Positions 44,339-61,989 of a DNA stretch of 64,000 nt are shown here, in pieces (position 1 is the first letter of the stretch; each line of letters begins with the position of its first letter). Under the pieces are notes generated by a model, which had not been told where the DNA came from, did not search any database, and worked only from the letters and a program-made list of their open reading frames with translations. The stretch is from positions 19,158,001 through 19,222,000 of the forward strand of contig OX597827.1 in the NCBI GenBank assembly GCA_951406725.2. Reading direction: 5' to 3'. The position numbers were made by a program, and so were the translations under genes. The DNA is from Octopus vulgaris. Taxonomy: Eukaryota.

Positions 44339-44925
44339 TAATGGGGTAAAACATTGCACTATGATTGATATAGCATTTTTTTTTTGTTAACAGAGTGCGT
44401 GAGAAGGAACAAGAAAAGACCTGAAAGCCAAAATTTCAAAACTGAGCCGTATTAGTATGCATTCTATGCAATAACAAAGAATTCATACGTACATACATAC
44501 GTACATGCATACATACATACATACATACATACATACATACATACATACATACATACTTACGTACATACGTACGTATATACATACATATATACATACATAT
44601 ACACATACATACGTACATACGTACATACATGCATACATACATACACACATACATACATACGTTCGTACATACATACATACATACATAGATACATACACAC
44701 ATACATACATACGTACGAACATACATACATACATACTTACATACGTACATACATACATACATACATGCATACATACACACATACATACATACATACTTAC
44801 GTACATACGTACATACACACACACACATACATACATGCATACATTACGTACATACATACATACATACACACACATAATACGTACAAACATACATACATAC
44901 ACACACACATACATACGTACATACA

Positions 44926-45428
44926 TGGTGGCTGCCCCCTCGTTATCGAGTAAGGCCGTTGTACGAAGCTTAATCAATGTTATCGTGCAATTCCTGTGCA
45001 AGAAGATTTTTTTAAAGTGAGTCAATCCCACTCACTAAGCAACAGCAGCCATAATCCGAAAAGAAGAACAAGTCAACATCATCGGTAACCACAGAGCCGC
45101 AGGTTTTATGTCGGAGTTATCCCAGTTACCTGAGTTACCTTCTCCTAGAAGGATGCCCTAACAAAGGCTAGGAGTCCTTCACTCCCAATGGTTTAACCAC
45201 GCGATCGGGTATTCAGTCCGATTATTTCTATGTCCCCGCGCATGATACAGCCTTAAGACATTTATTGGATGGCCGTTGACTCTCAAGAGTTCCTCCGCAG
45301 GGTGTCCAATAAACACCCTCCTCACCAAGCAAGATTGGTGGGGCTGCCGGTTTAGTCGCCGACGACCCGACCATGCAACAGGTTGGACTGGGTTACATGT
45401 TACCAGTAGCACTCGAAAGTGACCTGAC
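44926..45428 (-). mobile_element. Short RTE-derived element (5' UTR-like) embedded in (TATG)n
   Basis: RTE-like UTR motif GGGCATCCTTCTAGGAGAAGGTAACTC; HDV-like fold at the 5' end; (CATA)n on both sides. Confidence 0.6.
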
Positions 45429-46547
45429 ATACATACATACATACATACATACATACATACATACACAACCTTACCTGTTTTCTTTCTCTCATGTTCCCCT
45501 GTACTTTTCATTCCTCCTCTACCTGACACCCTGCTTCGCTCCAACCCTCTCTATCTTTACCTATGTCTTTGCCTCTTCCCCTTCTCTCTCTCACTATCTC
45601 TCTCCTTACCCCACTCTCTCTCTACCCCACTCTCTCTCATTCCCTCTCTCTCTCTCTCTCTCCCTTTTTCGTGGGTTTCCGTCTTTGTACGATTCCCTCT
45701 CCATCCATTTGTTTCCTCATTCTTTTATCTCTTAGAATATTTCCTGTTCCATCTTTTTGTCCCCTTTTAAATCTTTCTTTCTCCTTTTTTTGCCTCTTTA
45801 TAGCTTTCTGCCCTCTGTCTCTTCCTCGCCCTCTCTCTCTCTCTTTCCTTCTCTCTCTTTCTCTCATTCCCTCTGACGCCCTATCTTATAGCTACCATAT
45901 CTGTTTGTCTCTTTCTCTATTCCAAACCCTCCCTCTCATATTGTATCTTTCATTCCCCCTCATATTATTCATTTCTTCCCCGTCCCCCCTCTCTCTCTCT
46001 CTCTCTCTATCTATATATCTATCTATCTACTTCTCTCTCGCTCATCTTTTCTTTCTCACTTTCTCTCTCTCTTTCTCTCCCTCTTTCCCTTTTTTGCTCT
46101 GTCTTTGACTCTCTTTGGACTTCTGTTTCACCCATTTCATTTCTGCACCTCTCTCCTTTTCTCCACCTCCCACTCTTTCTTCATCTCTATCTCTTCCAGC
46201 CACTTTCCCTCTCTCTTTCTCTCTCTCTCTCTCTCACTCTTTCTCGCTCTCTACTTCTCAGTCGTCCCCTACATTCCTCTTCTTCCTTCTCCTCCCACTC
46301 TTCTCTCTCTACAACTAATATGTTCTATAGCCAAGAGAGAGCGACAATGGCGCATCATCGCAGCTCCATTGATGTCTCCACTTCTTGCTTCAATTAGCAA
46401 ATGGTTGTTAACTCTTATCGTCATCTTATCATTTTCAGATTTATATATATATATATATGTATATATATATACATATATATATATATACTTACATACATAC
46501 ATACATATATGCACATATATAGCTATATACACACATATGTATATATA

Positions 46548-46645
<98 letters not shown>

Positions 46646-46784
46646 GTGTGTATATAGCTATATATGTGCATATATATATGTATGTATGTAAGTATATATA
46701 TATATTTCAAGGTGTACTCCATCATATATATTGGTGAGACATACAGATATGCATGTATACATGTGTGCGCGTGTATATATACAT

Positions 46785-46837
<53 letters not shown>

Positions 46838-47459
46838 CATATATATATATATATATATATATCCATATAAGTATATATATATATATATATGTATATGTAC
46901 AGTATAGCAATATACGTTTTTGTGTGTACATATATGAATAAATATATATATATATATACATGGATATACATACATATGCAAATATATCATAAATATATAA
47001 TATACAAACGCACGCGTGCGCACACTCGCACACACACATACACACACACACACACACTCACACTTACACACACATACACTCATGCGCATACACAGACAAA
47101 ACACCCACGAGATGCATTAAACCGTAAAACGTTATATTTCATGGCCTGTACGTCTAGAGAGAATCCCTTCACACCATTGCCACCACCATCACCACTACCA
47201 TCACCACCGCGGCCACAAAACAACAACAACAACAACAACAGCAATAACAACAGAGTAACCATCGATACAGTCGGGATCCAGTTTCTGATAGATTTAATAG
47301 CGCCATATATCGATCGTCCTCCAACCAGTGTTTGACACAACAAATTGCCTTTCCCCCCCGCCACTGTTTCGCATCCTAACTCCAGCCCCCCCTCCCACTC
47401 CCCGCCATCTCTACTTACTGTTTCCGTGAAAATGTTTTTTTACATATACATATACATGC

Positions 47460-47510
<51 letters not shown>

Positions 47511-47578
47511 CATACATACATACATAAATACATACATACATATATATACATACATACATACATACATACATACATACA

Positions 47579-47614
<36 letters not shown>

Positions 47615-47619
47615 TATAT

Positions 47620-47658
<39 letters not shown>

Positions 47659-47679
47659 CATACATACATACATATATAT

Positions 47680-47712
<33 letters not shown>

Positions 47713-47773
47713 TACATACATACATAAATACATGCATATATATATATATATACATACATACATACATACATAT

Positions 47774-47848
<75 letters not shown>

Positions 47849-48359
47849 TATCTGTGTGTGTAATAATAATAATATATAATGTGTGTGTGTGCATATATAA
47901 GCATGTGTGTGTGTGTGTGTGTGTGTAACATAATAACAAAATACAAAAGCAAATTGATAAAAAAAAATATATATATAAAGATAAACATTTTCCAAGAGAC
48001 AGTTTTCTTTATATTAGGGGAAATTTCTGGCGTGTTTTACCTTAATTCTATGTCTGCTCAGGCCAGAAAAAAAAAATAACATATATATAGAGAGAAAATT
48101 GATAAATCCAGTGTGGCAAGCAGGCAGACCTGTTGATTTGTTAATTTTATAATCAGTTATAGACGTTTTTTTGTTCTTTTGTTTCTGTTTTCTGTGTATG
48201 CATATGTGTTTTTTTGAGTGTTTTTTGTTCTAGATAATTCTATTAAATTAACCGGATGTTGGTATATACGTCTCCACCAAAACGTATTTTCTTTCGCGTT
48301 AAATAAGTAAAAAAATGATTATTATGTATATGTGTATGCGTTTGTGTGTGTGTGTGAGT

Positions 48360-48428
<69 letters not shown>

Positions 48429-48462
48429 GTGTTATGTGATAGATAGAAAGATAGATAGATAT

Positions 48463-48514
<52 letters not shown>

Positions 48515-48572
48515 ACAGACAGAGAGACAGAGATAGATAGAAAGTGTGTGAGAGAGAGAGAGAGAGAGAGTG

Positions 48573-48634
<62 letters not shown>

Positions 48635-48679
48635 ACAGACAGAGAGACAGAGATAGATAGAAAGTGTGAGAGAGAGAGA

Positions 48680-48750
<71 letters not shown>

Positions 48751-48783
48751 TTAGATAGATAGATACATACATACATACATACA

Positions 48784-48816
<33 letters not shown>

Positions 48817-49025
48817 GCACACACATATAAAGAGAGAGAGAGGGTGTGATAAAAAAATAGAGAGACAGATAGCTAGAGAGAGATAGAGAGAGAGAGGAAG
48901 ATAGAGAGAGAGAGGAAGATAGAGAGAGAGAGAGGAAGAGAGAGGAAGAGAGAGGAGAAATATAGATAGACAGATACATAAGTGCATACATGCACACATT
49001 CATACACACACGCATACATGCATAC

Positions 49026-49058
<33 letters not shown>

Positions 49059-49798
49059 AACATACACACACGCATACATGCATACATACATACATACATA
49101 CATACATGCACACACACACACACACATATATACATACATACATACATACACACACACATACACACACAAACATACACACACACGCATACATGCATACATA
49201 CATACATACATACATACACGCACAAACATACACACACACGCATACATACATACATACATACACACACACAAACATACACACACACGCATGCATGCATGCA
49301 TACATACATACATACATACATACATACATACATACATACATACATACATACATACATACATACATACATACATGCATGTATACATTCACAATCACTAATC
49401 CAAACATACACATCCAGCTTCATACACACTGCAAACGCCCTCAGTTCCAAGTCTGTATATAAATATATGCATGGATATGTATATCCGGTGCGCTTTCTTA
49501 TTCCACTATAATTTGAGAATCCAAAGTTTAAGTGCCAAGATTTACTACCAACGTAGACTTGACGACAGCCTCTTGTCTATGGTTTCCTGTACATTTATTC
49601 AATTACACACACACACACAAACACAAACACACAAACACACACTCACTCACACTCACACTCACATACACGCACACACATACACACACATAGATGTATACAT
49701 ATATATACGTGTCTATATATATATATATAGGTATATGCACACATGTGCACACACATATAAATGCGTATGTCTTATATTTATGCGTGTATATATGATGC

Positions 49799-49858
<60 letters not shown>

Positions 49859-49859
49859 G

Positions 49860-49940
<81 letters not shown>

Positions 49941-50303
49941 GTGTGGGTACATGAAGATGTATATGTATGCATCTATATGGATATATATATATATACTCCT
50001 GTGCATAAATATATATACATATATACATATGTGTATGTATATATATTTATATAGAAAGTTATCCGTATATATGTTTACATATATACATGTGTGTGTGTGT
50101 TTGTCTGTCTATCTCTGTATACACATACATATGCGCATACGCACAAGCACACACAAACACACACACAGACACACATAAGTGCGTATGTAGGTATGCAGGT
50201 AGGTAGGCATGCGTGTATGTATGTATGAATGCATGTATGTAGGCACGTATGTATGTATGTATGTATGTATGTATGTATGTATGCATGTATGTATGTATGT
50301 ATG

Positions 50304-50337
<34 letters not shown>

Positions 50338-50379
50338 TGTATGTTTGTATATATGTATGTATGTGTGTATGTATGTATG

Positions 50380-50413
<34 letters not shown>

Positions 50414-50543
50414 TGTTTGTATGTATGTATGTATGTATGTATGTATGTATGTTTGTATGTATGTATGTATGTATGTATGTATGTATGTATGTATGTATGT
50501 ATGTATGCATATATGTATGTATATATGTATGTATGTATGTTTG

Positions 50544-50577
<34 letters not shown>

Positions 50578-51034
50578 TGTATGTATGTATGTCTAGAATC
50601 TGAAACTTCACGAATCGTTACCCCAGGTTTCTTGTTTCCATTGGTCGGAAACGGAAAGTTATAGAACACAGGAAAGTCTTGATTAGATGCACAATAAATA
50701 AATGGTTGAATCACGTTAGATAATAAATATAACCGTTACTTCAAGCAGTTAGTTCTCATTACTTAACACGTAAAATACCTACTAAGATCTGATTTTTTTT
50801 CAAGGAGTTAAAATAGACCTTGAAATATTCTGCAGTATAATCCAGTACACTCCATATCCGTCAAATGTAAATAATGTAAATAATCCGGTACATATTCCAA
50901 ATGTAAAGACAAATATAACTATACGGATCCTTATATTTTCTTTCTCTTTCCCCACAGCCATAGATATCAGAGAACCTTTATAATTCAGTGGTAATTGCGC
51001 TTCCTATAAAAAAATTTATACCGATTAAGTATTA

Positions 51035-51487
51035 CTAGCACTAACCCCCTGCGTTGTGTGTGTGTCTGTCTGTCTGTCTATCTGTGTATACACATACAGG
51101 TACGCATACACACACGCACACACAAACACACACACAAACACACATATGATAGATATATGTGTGCATGCATATACAGCTGCGTGCGTGCGCACATACACGC
51201 GAGTACTGTCCAAATCTCCGACCAATCACATACAGCTAGCTGGCATTCAGTTAGTGTATCAAGTTTTGGGCATTTTGATTGGGTTTTGGATAGAAAATTC
51301 ACAAAAAAGTCACTTCTATTGATTTTTTTAATGGGTTTGCGGAGTGACTGGGGAAATGTAAAGATGTGCACGGCCACCCTTGGACGGTTTTGAATGACCA
51401 TAGAAAGTGCGAGCCCTCTAACTGAAAAATTGTGGATTTTTATAAAGGACACGCACACAGACATTTTGCCGTTTATATAGAGAGAGA
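51035..51487 (-). mobile_element. Non-autonomous Helitron (family 2), copy 2
   Basis: Homologous to 34627-34994; TC and CTAG termini. Confidence 0.72.
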
Positions 51488-51879
51488 TTAATAATGATAA
51501 TGCTAAAATACTTTGTAACACTAATAATGCTCCTTTTTCACCTACCTACAATTCTGTCAATTACCTGCTTTATGATAGTTATTTGGCGCAATCATTAGTA
51601 TACTGCGTTTAAAGAAGCCTAGATGATAACTTTAAACCAAAGCTTGGCCAAATTGTCTTTACCATCATAGTTCTCTCTTTATTAACTGGGAGAAGAAAAT
51701 TAACGACAATCCTGTAGAGGAATATTTGGTTTCTGAGAGCGAGAAGCCCACAAATACATTAAAAATTGTTTGGTTTATAGTTGAGCTCGAGACTTCATAC
51801 GGACATGAAAGAATTTTGTTCTAAATTGTGTTGGCGATTGTGTTTAACTAAAACAAATTGATTATTTTGCATAGGTATA

Positions 51880-52091
51880 CTATTTTACTTGTTTTCAGTC
51901 ATCTGACTGCGGCCATGCTGGAGCACCGCCTTTAGTCGAGCAACTTGACACCGGGACTTATTCTTTGTAAGCCCAGTACTTATTCTATCGGCCTCTTTTT
52001 GCCGAACCGCTAAGTGACGGGGACATAAACACACCAGCATCGGTTGTCAAGCGATGTTGGATGGGACAAACACAGACACACAAACACGCAC

Positions 52092-52173
<82 letters not shown>

Positions 52174-52290
52174 GACGGGCTTCTTTCAGTTTCCGTCTAC
52201 CAAATCCACTCACAAGGCTATAGTAGAAGACTGAACCAGGAAGCATTTGATTGGTAAACAAGCTACTTACCACACAGCTACTCCTGCGCC
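51880..52290 (-). mobile_element. SINE family A
   Basis: Similarity to the other copies; small internal deletions. Confidence 0.85.
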
Positions 52291-52506
52291 TATAAGATAT
52301 GAGCAAAATAAAGTTTTATCACTCTCTAAACGAAATACAGTTCAAAATGTTTATTCTTCTATAAACGTTTAGAGATTTTGTGGTGTAGTTAGCATCTTTA
52401 TAATTTTTCTCAATCCAATTTTCTGAAAAACCAGTTCAAATCATTTTTAATCTGTACGATATTTTCCTTGAAACATTAGACCAGTACTTTTCAACGAGCA
52501 GAGCAG

Positions 52507-52934
52507 GGATCTTTTCGGTTTGAACGGCAGTTTTTAACATAATTTCTCGGTAACTAAAAAAATTTTAAACTTCGTATACTGGTAGAATGTGTTTATAAAA
52601 CATCTTTTTCTCTTGGCTTTATTGAGAAAATTCTATAGTTTGTAAGATATTTGTTGTCTTTTTTTCTTCAATTTCTGCAATTTCAACCAATCACTGACGT
52701 CTATTGAGGTAAAAAGCATTCTGTGCCGTATGAATATGTCCCTCGTTTAAGAAACAGATTGGGTTTATTTACATTTGTGAAGAAAAAAAATACCGTTCCT
52801 CCCACCCCTAACCCTAACTATCACTAACCCTAAAAGAGATTGAAATGCAATACATTGATACTAGGTTCATAATTATGGGTGACAATTTTATATGACACCG
52901 CTAGAAAAAACTGCCGTTCAAACCGAAAAGATCC
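52507..52934 (+). mobile_element. Telomere-repeat MITE copy
   Basis: TIRs; TSD CAGAGCAG/CACAGCAG. Confidence 0.9.
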
Positions 52935-53327
52935 CACAGCAGCAACCCCTAAGGACAGTGGAACACTTTCTATATACTTTGTATGGATACTGTGGACAAC
53001 GAACGTAGCAGAGAATGATGGATTACTCTTGCCTTGATTTTGATTGTCAGCGAATCATCCGGTAATATGGTCGAAATAAGGCGGTGAGCTGGTATTTCGT
53101 CCCTCTTTACGTTCTGAGTTCGAATTCCGCCGAGGTCGACATTACCTTTCATCCTTTCGAAGTCGATAAAATAAGTGCCATTTAAGCACTGGGGTCAATG
53201 TAATCGACTTACTTTTTTCTCCAGAATTTTTGGTCTTTTGAAAGCAATATTAAAGGTCGAAATGCAGCTCAGACATACGATATTATATTGACGAAATAAC
53301 TTGTGGTGCAAGTAGTTTTTTCACTGT

Positions 53328-53539
53328 ACTCTCTTTTACTCTTTTACTTGTTTCAGTCATTTGACTGCGGCCATTCTGGAGCACCGCCTTTAATCGAGCA
53401 ACTCGACCCCGGGACTTATTCTTTAGTAAGCCCAGTACTTATTCTATCGGTCTCTTTTGCCGAACCGCTAAGTAACGGGGACATAAACACACCAGCATCG
53501 GTTGTCAAGCAATGCTAGGGGGACAAACACAGACACACA

Positions 53540-53605
<66 letters not shown>

Positions 53606-53777
53606 CATATATACGACGGGCTTCTTTCAGTTTCCATCTACCAAATCGACTCACAAGGCTTTGGTCGGCCCGAGGCTATAGTAGAAGACACTTGCCCAAG
53701 GTGCCACGCAGTGGGACTGAACCCGGAACCATGTGGTTGGTAAACAAGCTACTTACCACACAGCCACTCCTGCGCCT
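53328..53777 (-). mobile_element. SINE family A, full length
   Basis: Head, internal (TA)n and tail. Confidence 0.9.
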
Positions 53778-54289
53778 ATTCGTAGTTAAAAAATCAGTAG
53801 CAATTTTTTGTGGTGAATTCAATTCTGTTAAATCTAAACAAAAAGGAGTTGAAAAAAACAAAAAGCAAAACCAACTATAGTTAAAATAACGTCTGAGAAG
53901 TACGACAATAGATCTAGATTGTAACATTTGCTAAGAAATAAGACTTTTTTTTTATTTCTTTTGCTTTGTTTTTTCTTTCTTTACATCTAATAAATGTAAT
54001 ATTCAGATATTCCAAATTATACCATCTATCAATATGTATATATACTCTTTACTCTTTTACTTGTTTCAGTCATTTGACTTAAGCCATGCTGGAGCACCGC
54101 CTTTTAGTCGAGTAAATCGACCCCAGGACTTATTCTTTGGAAGCCTAGTACTTATTCTATCGATCTTTTCTGCATGGTCGATGAGGGTCGCTTTGTAGTT
54201 GTTTGATTGAACTAAAATTTTGCACAGATTACTCTTTTCTCTTTACTCCTTTAATTGTTTCAGTCATTTGACTGCGGCCATACTGGAGC

Positions 54290-57200
54290 CTTATTTTCTT
54301 TTGAGGTGGTATGTGAAATAGTTTATTGAACCCTGGCCAGCGAGAAAGTTGCCCAGCTTAATTCCTTTCACTCTCGTCAACCACACGACCTCTTTCGCTA
54401 TAGCCACCAAGTAGAGAAAAGTTGCCTGTCTTTCCCAGCTAAGGGAAGCGGGTGGAAATTAACAGATACTGTATGATAGCGTGCAGAACAGTTTCGTTGC
54501 CCTGTTCACATTTCGGACATGTTCGTGTGTCTGCACATCTGTGCCTGAAGAGTTTATCGCGAACAGGCAGAGCTCCTCGGTAGCACTGCCAGGCCAGAGA
54601 TTTCTGGTGGTTATCCATGGGCTCCGACCCAAAAGTCCTCCGGAACAGATTGGTGAGTTAACCGTCATCGAAACCCAGAGTCTCCCCACAACATCGTCGC
54701 ACTTACCAGCCACTAACACTCTATAAAAGGACGAGGTGGAGAACCCCTCCGCTCGCATTGCCCGTTCGACAGAGAAGTGGGAGAGCCAGATGGCACTTGG
54801 CTTGCCAAACACCCAACCTAGATCTACGTTTTATCCACGAGCTCAGTTCATTAAATGAGTTAAACTGTGGAAAGACGAGTTGCACGAAGGACGACCACAC
54901 ATGTTCACCGTCTAGGTAGAGCTGGAGATGTATTAGCCTTAGTGCATGTCTGCGCATTTTCAGCCAAGGCATGCCCAGCCCTCCATTTAGCAGTAGTCGA
55001 CAGCAAATAGAACGTCTGACCAGTGAACCTCTGTCTCTCCTTAAAAAGTGGAAAAGCAGGCACTCCAGTTTGACCAAACACGAATCTGGGCAAGGCACGG
55101 AGGGTAGGCGGTAGGTGATGACGGATGCGATAAACACATTCTCTACCTCCACCCTCTCTTTCAAGGACAGCGTCCTCTCGGCCCATTTCTGGGTGGGATT
55201 GGCCACTCTGCTCGTAACCTCACTCCAGTTCCTCTCTGCTTGGAGGTCCGGACCGAACCAGACTCTGAGCAATTTCACCGGGCCATCTGTCCAACGTCCT
55301 ACGACGTTGTTAGGTGCCGAGATGCAGGCCGACCGACTTATCACGGTTTATTTTTGTCCCTGATACTTCTTCGTACTCCCAACTGGCATCCCCTACTAGA
55401 CGCAGGTGTCTGTCACAGGATACGATGACGGTGGTGTCGTCCGCATACGCTGTTACTGTCCTCTCGCACCCTAGATCACTCGGGACACCCTTCAAGGCTT
55501 CTGCAGTAATGGCTCAAGGGCCAGAACGTACAGAAGGGAGGATAGGGGACATCCTTGGCGGACCGAACACACGATACTGAATGGCTCTGAAAGATGATTG
55601 TTCATCCGAACTACCGATTTAATGTTTCCGTATAAGGCGATGATGCAACCGCAGAAGTCCGGGCCAAACCCGGGCATTTCAAGGACTACCACCAGATAGT
55701 GATGGTCAACCCCATCGAATGCTCTAAACTGATCTAAATGTATCAGTACGTCTCCTATACCAGGATTATTAATCACTCTGTCTATGGTGTAACGTATGAG
55801 GTGGACGTTGTTGTAGATTGTTCTGGATGGAATGGCGCAAGTTTGCGCCTTCCTAACCAGTTTGTCGACTACAAACGCCAACTTCTTGCCTAGCACCTTT
55901 GCCAAAATCTTCATCTCTGCATTAAGCAGAGTGATGGGCCTAAAGTTATCTATAACGTCCCCCTTGTCTGGGTCCCCCGATTCACAGAGCTAAGAATGCA
56001 CCTATTATGTTGCCAGTTGGCGTAGGTATTTGCCAGTAGGTTCCCAAACAAGTCTGGTATATTACAATAGTATTCATAGGGCAGACCATCTAGACCCGGC
56101 GACTTGCCCAGAACGCAGCCCGATAGGGCCTCTTCCACCTCCACAGCTGTGATCAGCCCTTTACAGCACTCCACCTCCCGCGCTGAGAGTCGCAGCAGAC
56201 CAACCAGGAAGTCCGAGAAATCCAACCGCTCGTTCCGAACAGCTGAGCGAAGTGCTGGTGAAGGACCTTACACATTTTGTCGGGTACATTAACCGTGCAT
56301 CCATTTTGGTCGACTAAAGACTGTATGGTAGCTTTATTTCCACTTTGGGTCTCTACTACGCAGGCCCATCTCGCAGCGTTGATTCCCTTAGCTCTGACAA
56401 TGCAACCTTGGCATTGAGGTGTCTAGGGCCAATCTCGCTGCCAGAACGTTAGAAGCATTGCCAGATTTTAGTGCTTCTTCTAGGCTGTTCACTAAGTCCC
56501 TTTCTATTCTATTTTTTCTAATGCTGAAACTTTGCTATATCTACGTGACTCAAATTTAATGGCTCTTTCTAGGGCGTACCACAAGTTATAATCGACGATG
56601 GCTTCTGTTAACGCCCTTTATACTAATTCTCTAATCCGGTCACTGTAGGCTTTACAAGCCAGGAGTGGCGTGTTTAGCTTCCCGTAAGGGGGGGGCATGT
56701 CTACAAAATCTATCTATGTCAAACTTACAAACTACAAACTTGTGATCCATATAGCAGACTATCTGAAATTGTGGACAACTAACACTAGATTTATCACCTA
56801 GCCTAATGGATACTCTAAGTAGGATCTGGAAAACTCGGTGCTGTTAGTCCATGTCCACATCCAGATGATCCATTCTTAACTTGTCAGCCAGTTAAAAGCG
56901 ACATAGCAGATCTATTTCTATTTGTAGTTGAGCCAACACACTCCACACGTGCATCTAGGATTGTGTTAAAGTTACCTACTAACACTAACGTGCGTGATAT
57001 TCCAAGGAGAGCCCCCGGGCATCTGAAGTAGTTGGATTGCTCTGCGTCGTTTAGGGCAGAAACTGCAACTAGTCTGAAGGCGTTGCCACTGCTATGTGTC
57101 GCGTCAAGCTTGCCTTTCTGGGTCCGCAAGGATTGTCTTGATTTCTAAATCCAGGCCTTTCCGGAATAAGACTACAATTCCTACGCCTCCTCTAGGCTAG

Positions 57201-58559
57201 CTTAAAGATATGTAGATCTCATAACGATCGAAGAAGGGCGAAAGAGCTTGTGATCGGATTAGCCCATGACCTGAGATCGTTCAGCAAGGGTGCTTGCTGT
57301 CAATACGATCCCAAGCCATGCACATTCACACAGCCAAGCTTGAACAAAACCATGATGAATGGAATTAATTACTTACTTGGAGATGGGGGGATGTGGATTT
57401 ATCCTCCCCTCCCGGTGTATCTTGTGTGGCTTTCTTGATTGAGTTTTGAAGATTGGGGAGGGGTGTAGATTTATCCTCCCTCCCGTCATGGCCTGTGCGG
57501 CGTCGTTGATTAAGTTCCGGTAAATGTGTAAAGTAAAATTTAATTGTAATTTTCTAGTATCATTAGGATATTGTTCTTGTAGTTCCGTATACGAATGGCA
57601 GTCAAGTTTTATTAATTGTATGTGTTCAGGAATTTGTGAAAGTGCGTTGAAAGGTGATGTGCAGGGATTTTCGTTTATGTGTTTTGTTAACTGTGTGTTC
57701 TTTGTGTTGACTGCCGTGACAGATTCTGGAGTATGATGTTTGAGGGGGGGGGGGGCTTGTAGTATCGTGGTGTGTGTCTGTGGGACGGTGTGTGGGGGGC
57801 GTGGAACTATTTATTCTTTTCCTTCTTTTTTAGCCACCTCATCTCATTGTTTTGTTGTGGGTTTGTCTTACCTTTTTGTGATAGTGTTTCTGCTGGTTGG
57901 TGTATGGTTTTGTTTGTTGGTGTTATTCTTTGGGGTCTCACTCGTTTTCATGTCTGGGATGGGGTTTATTAATGGTATTGTGTTGGTGTTGGTTGCCTTG
58001 GCCAGGTGCTTTGGAGGCACGTCTGTTGGAGGGTGTCCCGTTTCTAATGTGATCTTTTGACCGCATTTGTAACATCTAGGCCTTCGACCCTCCACCATGA
58101 CTCGGAGAGCTGCGCCATTTGGTAAATTTATTAAATCGTGTATAATCTCGAGATCCTTTCTGCGTGGCCTGTATGATGATTTCGATGCCTTGGCCCCACC
58201 AGTTTTGTTGGTGCAGCTTCGTGACCTGCAGTATGGAAATGCTACTTTCCAAATCCAGCAAAACAGCAGCCACGAGCCACACCACGTCAATTACTGGTAC
58301 AATCTCTCCAATTTTTAATTTAGACGTTGATTTTCAAAGGTACTCTTTTACTCTTTTACTCTTTTACTTGTTTCAGTCATTTGACTGCGGCCATGCTGGA
58401 GCACCGCCTTTAATCGAGCAACTCCACCCCGGGACTTATTCTTTCTAAGCCCAGTACTTATTCTATCGGTCTCTTTTGCCGAACCGCTAAGTGACGGGGA
58501 CGTAAACACACCAGCATCGGTTGTCAAGCAATGCTAGGGGGACAAACACAGACACACAA

Positions 58560-58618
<59 letters not shown>

Positions 58619-59510
58619 TACGACAGGCTTCTTTCAGTTTCCGTCTGCCAAATCCACTCACAAGGCATTGGTCGGCCCGGGGCTATAGCAGAAGACACTT
58701 GCCCAAGATGCCACGCAGTGGGACTGAACCTGGAACCATGTGGTTGGTTAGTAAGCTAAGTATTCCTTTGCTTCTTCTTCGGAAGCGAACCTTACCTCCA
58801 CAGTGCCGTGCCTTTTTCCTCTTGCTACGTATATCGCTCCATATGGGCTGCAAGCACTTTTCTCTCTTACCTTTGGCACATGTTCGACTTATTTTCGTGT
58901 TTAGTGAGTTTTAAATATAATTGTTTTTCTAGCTGTTTGTTGAATTATATCACCGGGCGGAGCTAAGTTTATATTGTTTCCTTCACATTTTGCTAAGCTC
59001 TTATATTTTTCTAGGTCTGCTTGGTTAATCTTTAGGTTTCCCTGGTTTATAGTTGCAACCGACGCGAAACCGCGTCTGTTTGATTTGCTAGATTCATTTT
59101 TTTTTTGTCAATTCTCTGTTATTGTTGCCCGTTGGGGTGTCCTTTGTAGAATTTGTCGTATATTTCTGGCTTTTTTTTTCTGGGTTCACCTCCTCCTGTT
59201 CGCGACAGGGAAGTACTGGGAACATTTCTTGGCACATTTCGTTGAGCCTGTTGATATTGAGGGCGTTGTCTGTGTTTTCACTGGAAGCCTACACAAGACG
59301 TTGCAAAAAATTTCAATTCGCCCCTTAAAGGTGGAATTTCTAGACTCGATGCTTCCCTTGCTAAGCAGGTTCAGAATCGATAACGCACAAAAGTTAACGA
59401 TAAAATAAACAGAATTTAGATGGACAAATGGCAGGACTCACGAGAGGAAAATTCACGTCCGTTCGGTCGAAATTGTCGAACCTGAATACGTCATCTAACG
59501 ACGGGAGAGT
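54290..59510 (-). mobile_element. Older, degraded L1/Tx1-clade LINE (second subfamily) with ORF1 remnants
   Basis: KSPGLDGLPYEYY, DQFRAFDGVDH, VRQGCPLS, YADDT and GNFN motifs; ORF1 zinc knuckle VEGRRPRCYKCGQ; many stops and frameshifts; SINE A inserted at 58342-58757. Confidence 0.88.
58342..58757 (-). mobile_element. SINE family A (5'-clipped) inside LINE ORF1
   Basis: Similarity to the other copies. Confidence 0.85.
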
Positions 59511-59533
59511 CCATCATGTATATGTGTGTGTGT

Positions 59534-61497
<1,964 letters not shown>

Positions 61498-61989
61498 GGT
61501 AGATCATAAGGAAAGTTAGACAAGAAATCATAAACGGTGGGAATTATATGAGATGTTACATTATATGCGATGTTAATTATATGAGCTGTCTCTGTAGGGA
61601 CACCATATTACGTTATGCAATCATAATATACTACAAAGTATATTAAACGCCTTTATAAGTCAATACTGTATCCCTATAAGTCCTTAATATTTACGTACGA
61701 GCTTCCAGGAATGTGTTTAATAAGTAAAATTGATATATCCAGCAATGCAACACCACTTTATTTAGTGGCTATTTAAACAGTGAATTCGTGAATGGTTATG
61801 GACTTGGATGGGTACTGATGAAAGAACAAGAACTCCTGAAATGGGGTATACACACCCATTACCCATTTTTCATCTTCGGTCTCATAGTTGTTTCCATTAG
61901 GCGTACTCGGATACGAAACATCGTAACAAAATCAGTGTTGGTTATAATTTATATTTAAAAAATCTATAGAGATTGCCTTAACAGGTTAC

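Noticed and set aside
48481-48668. 120-bp-period duplication in a compound microsatellite
   Set aside because: Ordinary slippage or assembly effect
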